A DNA stretch of 64,000 bases from Gemmatimonadales bacterium. Its GTDB lineage: Bacteria > Gemmatimonadota > Gemmatimonadetes > Gemmatimonadales > JACORV01. Location of the stretch: contig DASXPG010000106.1 of assembly GCA_036493755.1 (NCBI GenBank), forward strand, positions 11,241 to 75,240, in the 5' to 3' direction. The translations under genes were made by a program, and so were the position numbers. Shown here one piece after another: positions 25,322-34,599 of the stretch (position 1 is its first letter; each line of letters opens with the position of its first letter). The notes beneath the pieces are model-generated. The model was not told the origin of the DNA. It worked only from the letters and a program-made list of their open reading frames with translations, and did not search any database.

Positions 25322-27960
25322 GATGCGCCCCCGCTGCGCGCGTGTTTGCGTCGGCCGAAACGCGCCGCGAGCGCCTCGAGCGCGCCGGGCAAGTCGGGCT
25401 TCAAGTCGAGGACCGGCACCAGTGGATCGGTCTTCAGCTTCTTCATGCGCGCCGGCACGCTTCGGATGGTGAAATCAAGCATATCGAGTTTCGCATTGAC
25501 TTCCTTCCACAGGAGTGGCGTCGAGACCATCGCACCCTTCACCGGACGTACGCTGAAGGGAGCGGCGAGCAGCTGACCCTGCCCGTTCTGCATGTAGTCT
25601 ACGTAGACCTTTCCTTCGCGTTTGCGAATCTGCCGGATCACGGTGGTGATCTTCGGCAGATCGGCGACGATCGCGCGGGCCAGCAACCCGCCCAGATCGC
25701 GGGTCTGCTCGTAGGTGCAGAGTCGCCCCATCGGTATCAGCACGTGAAGACCGGAGGATCCGCTGGTCTTCACGAAGGCGGGAAGGCCGAGCTCGTCGCA
25801 GAGCTCCTTGCAGGCCAGCGCCGTGGTGACGACGTCGGTGAAGGGCGCACCCTTGGGATCGAGATCGAGGATGCACCAGTCCGGCGTCTCCAGGGTCGCC
25901 ACCCGGCTGCCCCAGATATGGAGCGGGATGGCGGCCATATTGGCGATGTAGAGCAGCGCCGCCTCGTCGCCGACGACGAAATAGTTGAGATCGCGCTGCG
26001 AATCATCGCTCCAGACGCTCACCGTCTTCACGAACTCACGGGCGTACCCGGGCGCGTCCTTCTGATAGAATGACTTCCCCTCGATCCCGTCCGGATACCG
26101 GGTGAGGACAAGACACCGATCGCGCAGATAGGGGAGAATGAAAGGCGAGATCGCGCGATAGTAGTCGATCAGATCGCCCTTGGTGTAGCCCTCTTCCTTC
26201 CAGAAAATCTTCTTGAGGTTGGAAAAGTTGAATGCCGGCTTTGCCTTTGGAGCGGCAATTCGGGATGCCGGAGCGCGGGACGCGGCCTGCGGGATGGGGA
26301 GCCCGGAGCCGGTCGATTGGTTGTCTTGCGCTACTAAATCAGCGTCCGATGATCCGGGCTCCTCGTCCTGCAGGCCGCGTCCCGCGTACACGCATTCCTC
26401 AGGCTTCTTGTCATCACGAAACCGGAGAAATACCGGCTGCCTGAGCAGGCCATCGTTGGTACGCTCCTTGAACCGCACCTCGGCCACCATCGTCGGATCG
26501 ACCCACATCTCGTCGGCGCCTTTGGGAATCGGGCCGCTGCAAGGCGGCGTTTTCCGCCGATGCTTCTCCAGCTCCCCCGACACCTGGTCGAGCTGCTTGC
26601 CGCTGAAGCCGCTGCCGGCCCGTCCCATGTAGACCAGCGTGCCATCCACGTACTGTCCCAGGTGCAGCGCGCCGAATCCCGCGCGCGATCCCCTGGGCTG
26701 TGACGCGCCGACGACGACAAAATCGTCGGCCTTGTCGGCGCGGATCTTGATCCAGTCCCCCGAACGGCGCATGCGATAGACCGAGTCCTGCTTCTTCGCC
26801 ATGATCCCTTCGAGTCCCAGCCGCTCGACCTGCGCGAAGAGCGCCTCGCCCTCTTTCTCGAAGTGATCCACGAAGCGGAAGGGACCGGCCGGCGGCAGAA
26901 TCGTCTGAAGAATCATCTTGCGGGCGAGCAGCGGCACGTCGCGCAGATCGTAGCCCTGCGCGGCGATCAGATCGAAGCAATAGAAGGTGGCGGGATTCTC
27001 GACCGCGGCCTTGGCGATGTCGCGGGGGCGCGAATTGCGGGCCCGCTGCTGAAGTCTCTGGAAGCTGGGCATGCCGGCGGCATCGTGGCAGGTCACCTCG
27101 CCGTCGATGATCAATCCCTCGTAAGGCATCGCCGCCAGCGCCCTGGCCAGCTCGGGAAAACTCGCCGTCAGATCGAGGCCGTTGCGGCTCCAGAGCCTGG
27201 GCGTGTTGTTCTCGTTCGATGCGATGATCCGCCAGCCATCGATCTTCAGCTCGAAGATCCAGCCGGCGCGCGAGAACGCCTCGTCCCGGGTCTCGGCGAG
27301 CATCGGCTTCACGCTCGCGGCGCTCAGCTGCGCCGGCTTGGCGCGCACTTCCTGGAGCAGTTTGACGAGCTTCGCCGGCCGGTCGGTGCCCTTCTCGAGG
27401 TCGTCGACCGTCAGCCCCGAGAGCACCGACGAGTCGGGAAAGTCGTCGCCGTCCTCGGAAACCTGGCCATCGCGCTCCTTGATGAGGAGCCATTCCTTCT
27501 CGGCGCGCTTGATCTTCACCAGCGTCCAGCGGCCCTTGAGCTTGTAGCCCCGGAGATCGAAAAGAAGTTTTCCCTCGGCCAGTCCTTCGCGCCAATCGCC
27601 AATCGGCACCCATTCGCCGCGATCCCAGACGATGACCTGCCCCGCCCCGTAATTGCCCTCGGGGATGACCCCCTCGAAGTCGCCGTACTCCAGAGGATGG
27701 TCCTCGACCGAGACCGCGAGACGCTTGTCGGCGGGATTCTTCGACGGACCCTTGGGAACGGCCCAGGATCGGAGCGTCCCACCCATCTGGAGGCGGAGGT
27801 CCCAGTGCAGGCGGGTGGCCGCGTGCTTGTGGACGACGAACAGCCGCCCCTCTGCCGGGGTAGGAGCCAGCACACCCGAGGGCTCGGGCGTCCGCTCGGC
27901 GGTTCGCTTGGCCCGGTACGCGCTCAGGCCGTCGTTGTCAGGCTTTCGAGTTGCGGCCAT
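25318..27960 (-). CDS. ligD: Multidomain DNA ligase D (phosphoesterase - ATP-dependent ligase - polymerase/primase)
   Basis: N-terminal PE domain (FVVHKHAATRLHWDLRLQMGGTLRSWAVPKGPS), ligase adenylation motif ELKIDGWR, and C-terminal Pol domain (LVLTRYPDGIEGKSFYQKDAP, SGSSGLHVLIP). Confidence 0.95.
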   Translation of the reverse strand: MAATRKPDNDGLSAYRAKRTAERTPEPSGVLAPTPAEGRLFVVHKHAATRLHWDLRLQMGGTLRSWAVPKGPSKNPADKRLAVSVEDHPLEYGDFEGVIPEGNYGAGQVIVWDRGEWVPIGDWREGLAEGKLLFDLRGYKLKGRWTLVKIKRAEKEWLLIKERDGQVSEDGDDFPDSSVLSGLTVDDLEKGTDRPAKLVKLLQEVRAKPAQLSAASVKPMLAETRDEAFSRAGWIFELKIDGWRIIASNENNTPRLWSRNGLDLTASFPELARALAAMPYEGLIIDGEVTCHDAAGMPSFQRLQQRARNSRPRDIAKAAVENPATFYCFDLIAAQGYDLRDVPLLARKMILQTILPPAGPFRFVDHFEKEGEALFAQVERLGLEGIMAKKQDSVYRMRRSGDWIKIRADKADDFVVVGASQPRGSRAGFGALHLGQYVDGTLVYMGRAGSGFSGKQLDQVSGELEKHRRKTPPCSGPIPKGADEMWVDPTMVAEVRFKERTNDGLLRQPVFLRFRDDKKPEECVYAGRGLQDEEPGSSDADLVAQDNQSTGSGLPIPQAASRAPASRIAAPKAKPAFNFSNLKKIFWKEEGYTKGDLIDYYRAISPFILPYLRDRCLVLTRYPDGIEGKSFYQKDAPGYAREFVKTVSVWSDDSQRDLNYFVVGDEAALLYIANMAAIPLHIWGSRVATLETPDWCILDLDPKGAPFTDVVTTALACKELCDELGLPAFVKTSGSSGLHVLIPMGRLCTYEQTRDLGGLLARAIVADLPKITTVIRQIRKREGKVYVDYMQNGQGQLLAAPFSVRPVKGAMVSTPLLWKEVNAKLDMLDFTIRSVPARMKKLKTDPLVPVLDLKPDLPGALEALAARFGRRKHARSGGAS

Positions 27961-27989
27961 AGCTGTAAGACCTTATCATAGCGGACCTT

Positions 27990-28868
27990 ATGAGCCCTCG
28001 TCCAATCTCCGGCGCGACCCTTTCCTTCGGCCTCGTCTCGGTCCCGGTCGAGATGTACCCGACCTACGAGTCGAGCGCTACGGTCGCATTCCACCAGATC
28101 AATCCGAAAACCGGCGCACGGGTGAAGCAGGAGCTGGTCGATTCCAAGACCGGCGAGAAGATCGAGCGCGCCGACATCGTTAAAGGCTACGAATTCTCGA
28201 AGGGCCAGTACGTCACGTTCACCAAGGACGAGATGAAGGCCCTCGAGGCAAAGAAAACCGAATCGATCGACATCATCGAGTTCGTCCCCGCCGACAAGGT
28301 CGATCGCCTCTTCTTCGATCGCGCCTATTTTCTGGGCGTCGGCAAAGGCGGCGACCGCGCCTACATCCTCCTCGCCGAGGCCCTCAAGAAGACCAAGCTC
28401 GTGGGCATCGGGCAGTACAACGCCCGCGGAAAATCCTACCTCGTGATGCTCCGCCCGATGGAAAACGGCCTCGTTCTGGAGCAGCTCCACTATGCCGACG
28501 AAGTCCGGGATATTGCCGACATTCCGAAGCCCGAAGGCCATGCCAGTCCGCGTGAGCTGGAGTTGGCGATTCAGCTCATCGACCAGCGGAAAGCGGCAGA
28601 GTTCAAGCCCAAGCAGTTCAAGGACGAAGTCCAGGAGCGGGTCCGCGAGCAAATCGAAAAGAAAGTGGCGGGAGAGGAAATCACCGCCGAGCCCGCGGCC
28701 GAGCCGGAGACGCAGGTGCTCGATCTGATGGAGGCACTCAAGCGGTCGATCGGCGGAAAGAGTCCCGCCGGCAAGAAAGCCGCGGCGGAAAAGCCGGCGC
28801 TGAAGGCGGAGCGCGGCAAGGCCGCCCCGAAGCACACGACGAAGGTCAAACGGCGCGCCAGCGCCTGA
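27990..28868 (+). CDS. ku: Ku protein (non-homologous end joining)
   Basis: ATLSFGLVSVPVEMYP, IVKGYEFSKGQYVTFTKDE and a basic Lys/Ala-rich C-terminal tail. Divergent from ligD. Confidence 0.95.
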   Translation: MSPRPISGATLSFGLVSVPVEMYPTYESSATVAFHQINPKTGARVKQELVDSKTGEKIERADIVKGYEFSKGQYVTFTKDEMKALEAKKTESIDIIEFVPADKVDRLFFDRAYFLGVGKGGDRAYILLAEALKKTKLVGIGQYNARGKSYLVMLRPMENGLVLEQLHYADEVRDIADIPKPEGHASPRELELAIQLIDQRKAAEFKPKQFKDEVQERVREQIEKKVAGEEITAEPAAEPETQVLDLMEALKRSIGGKSPAGKKAAAEKPALKAERGKAAPKHTTKVKRRASA

Positions 28869-28968
28869 GGCCCGAGACGGTTTCTCGCCCGGTTTCGGAG
28901 GCGCGGCTCTTGCCAAGAACGCCGCGGCTCCCATCATCTAGTATGCGGAACCGACGGAAATCGCCCTC

Positions 28969-29538
28969 ATGGCGATGAATCAGGAAGCTTTGCGCAGCCG
29001 GCTCCTCATCGAGCTGGATTGCGTTTCTCTCGATGCCGTCGCCGTCGCCAAGGAACTCGATTCGTCGCAGCTCGGCTGGCGCCCGCCGGGCGGCGGCTGG
29101 GGAATCGGCCAGCTCCTCGAGCATCTCATCCTCGCCAACGACTGTTACCTCGGCATGCTCCGGCCCCGGATCTATGCCCGCAATGCTCCCCACTCCGAGC
29201 AGGGCACGGCCTTCTGGGAGCCGTCGATCGCGGGGTGGCTGCTGGTGGCGGGGCTGCGCTCCAAGCGGCGACTGCCGGCGCCCAAGCCCTTTGCGGTCGG
29301 CCCGACGGCCCGGGAGAAAGTGCTCGACGAGTTTCTCGTCAGACAGCAGCAGACCATGACCTTCCTGCGCGCCACCGCCGCGCTCGACTGGACGCGCCTC
29401 AGGATGACCTCGCCGGTCAACAAGCTGGTGCGGATCAATCTCGGCGACGCTTTTTCGATCATGACGGTACACGCCCAGCGGCACATCAAGCAGATGGAGA
29501 AAATCAGGGACCTCGAGGGGTTCCCCGGAAAGAGCTGA
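28969..29538 (+). CDS. DinB-family (DinB_2-like) protein
   Basis: WGIGQLLEHLILAN near the N-terminus and TVHAQRHIKQMEKI near the C-terminus, giving the His triad spacing typical of DinB-fold proteins. Confidence 0.75.
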   Translation: MAMNQEALRSRLLIELDCVSLDAVAVAKELDSSQLGWRPPGGGWGIGQLLEHLILANDCYLGMLRPRIYARNAPHSEQGTAFWEPSIAGWLLVAGLRSKRRLPAPKPFAVGPTAREKVLDEFLVRQQQTMTFLRATAALDWTRLRMTSPVNKLVRINLGDAFSIMTVHAQRHIKQMEKIRDLEGFPGKS

Positions 29539-29541
29539 CCG

Positions 29542-30522
29542 CTACTCCTTCATCATCCGGTCCAGGTCCCGCTTCAAACCATCGGTCGATCGCACGAAAT
29601 CATCCACGCTCGTCGCCGGAATCAGCGTCGCGGGCAGCGCCTTGAGCGACACGGCGATTCTCACGTCCGACTCCGAGTCCAGCTGATTCTTGGCCGCCTT
29701 GCTGGTCAGCGCGACCAGCGCGACCATCACGCCGGTGACGATCACGCCGATGACGATCCGGCGGCGGCGGCGCATCGCGCTCACCAGGCCCAGCTGGGCG
29801 GCGATCAGGGCGACGAAGAGCGCGCCGGTCAGAACGGCGCCGGCCAGCCCCAGCACATCCGACCTCGGAAAGAGGAAGGCGACGTACGAATCGAAGGCGC
29901 CCAGCAACGCGAGGCCGAGCACCGCGAGCCAGGTCAGCGCGGTGTGCTCCCAATAGCGAAAGTGCTGCACGCTCAGCCGTCCGATCAGTGACCAGACTCC
30001 CGCCCATGCACCCGCCAACGCGGCGAAGGCCACCGCCTGTCCGGTTACGCTCGCGATCGCCTTCGACTGGGGCTCATAGCTGTCGAGCCAGGCGCTCAGT
30101 GTGATGATGCCCATGCCGGCCAGCACCATCACCGCGATGGCCGCCGGCGTCTCGAGCAGCCAGGCGAGGCGGCCGCTGGGCGCCAGCTCAGGAAGGGCGG
30201 GCGACACCGGGGTATCGAGCGCGCCGATGCGCAGCATGGTGCGGCCCACCCGGACCATCGCCATCCCGTCGAGCGGAACGCGGCGGACCATCTCGCGGGA
30301 GGAGCCCGCGTGCAGCCCGTTGACGCTGCCGAGGTCCTCGATGAAAAGCGCCCCCTGCTCGTCCGCGGCAATGCGCGCGTGATGCGCATCCACGGTGGGG
30401 TCGGCCAGCACCACGTCGTTGGTCCAGGCGCGTCCGATCCCGGCGGGGAATTGCTCGAGGCGGGTGCGCTGGACCACGTCCCCGCGGCGGTTGAGCACCT
30501 CGGCGACGATCACTCGGTCCAT
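29542..30522 (-). CDS. FHA domain protein with C-terminal polytopic membrane region
   Basis: N-terminal FHA pattern (GIGRAWTNDVVLADPTVDAHHARIAADEQGALFIEDLGSVNGL) followed by about five hydrophobic helices. Confidence 0.8.
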   Translation of the reverse strand: MDRVIVAEVLNRRGDVVQRTRLEQFPAGIGRAWTNDVVLADPTVDAHHARIAADEQGALFIEDLGSVNGLHAGSSREMVRRVPLDGMAMVRVGRTMLRIGALDTPVSPALPELAPSGRLAWLLETPAAIAVMVLAGMGIITLSAWLDSYEPQSKAIASVTGQAVAFAALAGAWAGVWSLIGRLSVQHFRYWEHTALTWLAVLGLALLGAFDSYVAFLFPRSDVLGLAGAVLTGALFVALIAAQLGLVSAMRRRRRIVIGVIVTGVMVALVALTSKAAKNQLDSESDVRIAVSLKALPATLIPATSVDDFVRSTDGLKRDLDRMMKE

Positions 30523-31865
30523 CGGAAGGCTCCGAGGTAGCGGCGCACCATCGACTGCGCGTTGCTGAAGGTCACTCCCGACATCGTCAGCGTGGACATC
30601 AGCCCCAGCTTCCGGTGGCCCAGCAGCGCGACGCGGAAGACCACGTCGTAGAGCCCCGGCAGCTGCCGGTAGGCGCGGGCGCAGAAGACGGTCTTGAGCA
30701 CCACGCGCCCGGCCGCCTGGCCCCGCACGTTGCCGGTGCGGCAGCGGTAGCCGGTCAGGTCCTCAGCGCCCTCGGAGTCCAGCTCCCAGTCCGCGCCTAA
30801 CGAGCGGAACTGGTGGGTATAGAGCGAATGGAAGCGGAAGGTGTTGAGCACCTCCGAGGTCAGCAGGTCGTGCTGGAAATCGATGATGCCGGTGCTCTCG
30901 TCGCCGGACAGGAACACGTCGTCGTCGGTCGAGCAGTAGTGGTGCACCACCTCATAGGCCTGGTCCTGGTCCTCGGGATCGGAATCGCCCCAGCAGTTGA
31001 AGTACGCCGCCGGCCGCGTCGGCACCTTCACGCCGCCCAGATCCACCGTCGGAACGTCGCCGGTGAAGAGCTTCGCGAGATAGGTGTCCTGGTAGCGCAG
31101 CAGCTGGTGATCGACGTCGGCGATCAGGCTGTCCGCCGGCCGTGGCGGGGCCGCCAGTGCGCTGCGCAGCAAAGCCGCCGCATCATCCACCGGCACCAGG
31201 AAACTCTGCTGGTTGCCGCTGGTCGCCACGTTCACGCCGATCACCTTCCCCGCCAGCGTGATGGTCGGTCCGCCGCTCATCCCCGGATTGATCGACCCGG
31301 TGAAATGGATGCGGGGATACAGCGTGTGCGGCAGCCGGCCGTTGTAGGTCCCTTCGACGATCGCGATGCCGAGGTCGGCGGGATGGCCGAGCGAGTAGAG
31401 CCGGAGTCCCTGGGCGATCTGGGTCGGCTCGAGGGAAAAGAAGTTCGCGGCCGGGGATCCGCTGGCGAGCACCGCCAGATCGTGGACCACGTCCACCGCG
31501 ACCACCGTGACCGGCCTGGTCGCGCCGATACTGTCGATCAGCTCGGCATGATAGCGGGCGGGCTTCCGTACCAGGTCGCTGACCACGTGGTAATTGGTGA
31601 TGACGTGGCCCTGCGCCGTCACGAAGAACCCCGAGCCGGTGACGGTCTTGGCGCCGGAGCGGCCTTCGACCACCTGGACCTTCACCACCTGGCCGGCAAA
31701 GCGGCGGAAGACGGCGGGCGTCTCGCCTCCCTCGGACTCGGCCGTTGCGGCAGCCTCCGGAGCAGCATTGCGATGGACCCGCTGGGCCACGGCTTCGGCC
31801 GGTAGACCGATCACGAGGAGTACGCCGAGCAGGAGTTGAGGGGCGAGAGCTTCGAGTCGAGGCAC
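30510..31865 (-). CDS. Secreted trypsin-like (S1/S1C) serine protease with ~200-aa unknown C-terminal domain
   Basis: Signal peptide, His region GSGFFVTAQGHVITNYHVV, Asp region DLAVL, and Ser region NPGMSGGPT. Its stop overlaps the FHA gene start by 13 nt. Confidence 0.8.
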   Translation of the reverse strand: MPRLEALAPQLLLGVLLVIGLPAEAVAQRVHRNAAPEAAATAESEGGETPAVFRRFAGQVVKVQVVEGRSGAKTVTGSGFFVTAQGHVITNYHVVSDLVRKPARYHAELIDSIGATRPVTVVAVDVVHDLAVLASGSPAANFFSLEPTQIAQGLRLYSLGHPADLGIAIVEGTYNGRLPHTLYPRIHFTGSINPGMSGGPTITLAGKVIGVNVATSGNQQSFLVPVDDAAALLRSALAAPPRPADSLIADVDHQLLRYQDTYLAKLFTGDVPTVDLGGVKVPTRPAAYFNCWGDSDPEDQDQAYEVVHHYCSTDDDVFLSGDESTGIIDFQHDLLTSEVLNTFRFHSLYTHQFRSLGADWELDSEGAEDLTGYRCRTGNVRGQAAGRVVLKTVFCARAYRQLPGLYDVVFRVALLGHRKLGLMSTLTMSGVTFSNAQSMVRRYLGAFRWTE

Positions 31866-31990
31866 GCAGAATGGTCGCTACGTGCCTCCCGTCACGGTAG
31901 GGCTGCAACCTGCAGCGTCCCGGTTCCTGTGATCGCCTCCGCTCCACGGTTTGATTCTTGCTTCAACGCAGCGCCGTGGACGTTCGGTTG

Positions 31991-32458
31991 ATGAACTGGC
32001 TCCCAACGGGGTGCATCAGCAGCGTATTGCTGTTCGCCCTGGGTTGCGGCTCGGTGGAAACGACCGAGACCCCTCCCTCGGCACCAAGGCCGCCCCACTC
32101 ACTTGCCTTCGTAAGCGAGCCAACCCTGACGGCCGCCGGCTGCTACATCGCCGCCGGCATCGAGGTTGACGTGGTGGACAGCACCGGCACCTGGGTACCG
32201 AGCGCCACCGATCAGATTTCGATTCTGCTAACGGACAGTCGCAGCGACGATACGCTCGCGACCATCCAGGCTGTGAATGGCATCGTCAGGCTGGATAGCA
32301 TCGCACCGAAGCGCTGGGGATCCGGATTCAGGGTGGTCGCCACTGCACCAGGGCTTCAGCCGGCGGTCAGCGACACCTTCAGCATCCTGCCGCCTCCCGG
32401 CTGCTTGCGTCAGGCCAGAGCGCGGCGCATGGTGGCGACGAGGTCCGAGGGCCGATAG
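31991..32458 (+). CDS. Small lipoprotein-like protein with one Ig-like module related to the N-terminal repeats of the 40477 RCC1 protein
   Basis: MNWLPTGCISSVLLFALGCGS, then SLAFVSEPTLTAAG...IEVDVVDSTG...SILLT. Compare TRLAFAAQPHGTTAG...FQVAVLDSAG...SLTL in the RCC1 protein. Its 3' end overlaps the convergent kinase gene by 49 nt. Confidence 0.5.
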   Translation: MNWLPTGCISSVLLFALGCGSVETTETPPSAPRPPHSLAFVSEPTLTAAGCYIAAGIEVDVVDSTGTWVPSATDQISILLTDSRSDDTLATIQAVNGIVRLDSIAPKRWGSGFRVVATAPGLQPAVSDTFSILPPPGCLRQARARRMVATRSEGR

Positions 32459-34470
32459 GGCTTCTGGATGAAGGCGGATGCCGCGGCCGTGACATCGCTA
32501 TCGGGTAACGCATCTTCCTGCGAATAACCGCTGGACAACACCACCCGTAGATCGGGACGGATGCGCAGCAGCTCCTGCATCGTCACCGCCCCGCTCATGT
32601 CCGGCATGGTCAGATCGAGCAGGACGACGTCGACCAGGTCGGGATTCTCGCGCAGCATGTGGATCGCCTGGATGCCCCCCAATGCCACCTTCACGGTAAA
32701 GCCTTTTGCGGAGAGAATCCGCTGTGCCACCGTGCGCACCGTCTCCTCGTCGTCGACGATGAGCACCGATCCCGTGCGCTCGGGTGTGAATCGCGGCTCC
32801 GGCGCTTCCTCCGGCTCAACCGCCATCGCCGCCGCCCCGGCGCCGGGGAGCAGCACGCGGATCGTCGTGCCCCGCCCCGGCGCGCTCTGGACGCGGATCG
32901 CGCCGCGATGCGAACGGACGATGCCGAGCACGGCGGCGAGTCCCAGTCCGCGGCCGGTGAACTTGGTGGTGAAGAAAGGATCGAAGATCCGCGCCTGGGT
33001 CGCGGGATGCATGCCGTGACCGTCGTCCTGCACGTCCACGTAGCAGTAGCGACCGGCCGGAAGTCCGGCGCCGAGCTGCGCGTCGGCCAGGTAGGCGCGA
33101 TCCACATCGGTGACGCCGGTGCGCACCCGGATCGTCCCGCTCGCCGACCCGATCGCCTCCGAGGCATTGGTAATCAGGTTCATCACCACCTGCCGCAGCT
33201 GGGTGGCGTCGGCTTCGATGGTCGGCAGCTCGGGTGAGAACTGGAAATCCAGACGCGCGTTCTTCGCCACCGCGGTGTGGAGCAGGTTCCCCATTTCCTC
33301 GACCAGCGACGAGATGTTGATCGGGCCGACGGAGAACTGCCCCTTCCCCGCGTAGGCCAGCAGCTGCCGGGTCAGCTCGGCGGCGCGCAGCGCGGCGGTC
33401 TCGATCTCCTTGAGCGTCTCGCGGACGGGCGAGTCGGGCGGCAGGTCCTGGATGGCGAGGCCCGCGTTCCCGAGAATCCCGACCAGCAGGTTGTTGAAGT
33501 CATGGGCGATGCCGCCGGAAAGGACGCCGAGGCTCTCGAGCTTCTGTGCGTGGAGCAGCTTCACCTGCACCTTGCGGCGTTCTTCCTCGGCCAGCTCGCG
33601 CTCGATGATCTCGGCCTGGAGCGCCTTGTTCGCGGTCTCGATCTCGGCGGTGCGCTCGGCGACGCGGCGCTCGAGCTGCTCGTTGGCGGCCCGGAGCGCG
33701 TCTTCCATGCGCTTGCGCTGGAAGTATTCCGGCACTTCAACCGGCGCGGCGTCCCGGCCGCGGCGCGCCAGCCCTACCATCTGGTGGCTCTCGACGTACC
33801 GGGCGAGATGACTCTCGATCCTGTCGGGGGGCGCCATGATGAAGCGGCAATGGGCGTCGCCCTTTGCCTGACACTCAACCTCGGCGGCGACCAGCGGAAT
33901 CCCGAAACTCTCCTCGCACCACCCCGACGAGTAGCCGGCGTTCATGACGCAGACCGGGAAATCGGGGCTGCGGCCGGCGCGCTTCCAGGCGTCGGCCTCG
34001 AAGCTGAAAGGATGGTCGTAGATGAGGTAGTACTCGCGGTCGGGCGTCGGCTTCGACTCGGGGAAGATCTCGACGAAGGCCCAGCCGGCGAACGAAAAGT
34101 GGATCGGCCCCGCGGAGAGCCGCTCGAGGGGCTCGGTGACACCCATCTTGGCGGCAAAGGCGTGGGCGTCGGCCTTGCCTAACGAGTGGGCCAGGTCGTA
34201 GAGCAGATTCTTGGCGACCGCCGACGCCTCCTCGGGACCCTGGTCGGCGTAGAGGGAGCGGACCAGGTCGAAGAACTCCACCGACATCGAGGCGGCGCGG
34301 ACCAGGATGTAGCGCTCGCCGGATATGACGATCGAGGAGCGCTCGGGATCTTCGGTGCGATCGGAGAAGTAGCGGCGCACGTACTCTTCCGCCTTCTGGA
34401 AGAGCGGCGCGATGGTCGCGGGGACGCTGACCGTCCGCAGCTGCGGACGCTGCTGCGTGATCTCGGGCAT
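32410..34470 (-). CDS. Hybrid sensor histidine kinase: XylR-N/V4R-like sensor - coiled coil - HisKA - HATPase_c - REC
   Basis: The N-terminus resembles the XylR/DmpR A-domain plus V4R (GERYILVRA, GYSSGWCEESFG, CQAKGDAHCRF). H-box GGIAHDFNNLL; G-boxes DDGHGM and GRGLGL; C-terminal REC VLIVDDEETVR...DLTMPDMSG. Confidence 0.9.
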   Translation of the reverse strand: MPEITQQRPQLRTVSVPATIAPLFQKAEEYVRRYFSDRTEDPERSSIVISGERYILVRAASMSVEFFDLVRSLYADQGPEEASAVAKNLLYDLAHSLGKADAHAFAAKMGVTEPLERLSAGPIHFSFAGWAFVEIFPESKPTPDREYYLIYDHPFSFEADAWKRAGRSPDFPVCVMNAGYSSGWCEESFGIPLVAAEVECQAKGDAHCRFIMAPPDRIESHLARYVESHQMVGLARRGRDAAPVEVPEYFQRKRMEDALRAANEQLERRVAERTAEIETANKALQAEIIERELAEEERRKVQVKLLHAQKLESLGVLSGGIAHDFNNLLVGILGNAGLAIQDLPPDSPVRETLKEIETAALRAAELTRQLLAYAGKGQFSVGPINISSLVEEMGNLLHTAVAKNARLDFQFSPELPTIEADATQLRQVVMNLITNASEAIGSASGTIRVRTGVTDVDRAYLADAQLGAGLPAGRYCYVDVQDDGHGMHPATQARIFDPFFTTKFTGRGLGLAAVLGIVRSHRGAIRVQSAPGRGTTIRVLLPGAGAAAMAVEPEEAPEPRFTPERTGSVLIVDDEETVRTVAQRILSAKGFTVKVALGGIQAIHMLRENPDLVDVVLLDLTMPDMSGAVTMQELLRIRPDLRVVLSSGYSQEDALPDSDVTAAASAFIQKPYRPSDLVATMRRALA

Positions 34471-34599
34471 GGGCCTGTGGTGAAGGCTGGCAGACCGGAC
34501 CGGATATCGCTAGGTGGGAGTCGAATCCCGGCCCGCGCCGGCGCCGGCCGCGATGGACGGCGAAGCCTGTTGGGGCCCCGCCGTCACCGCCGGCGCGCG

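Noticed and set aside
23978-25576. 532-aa plus-strand ORF antisense to the ClC channel
   Set aside because: Same reasoning: low-complexity antisense frame.
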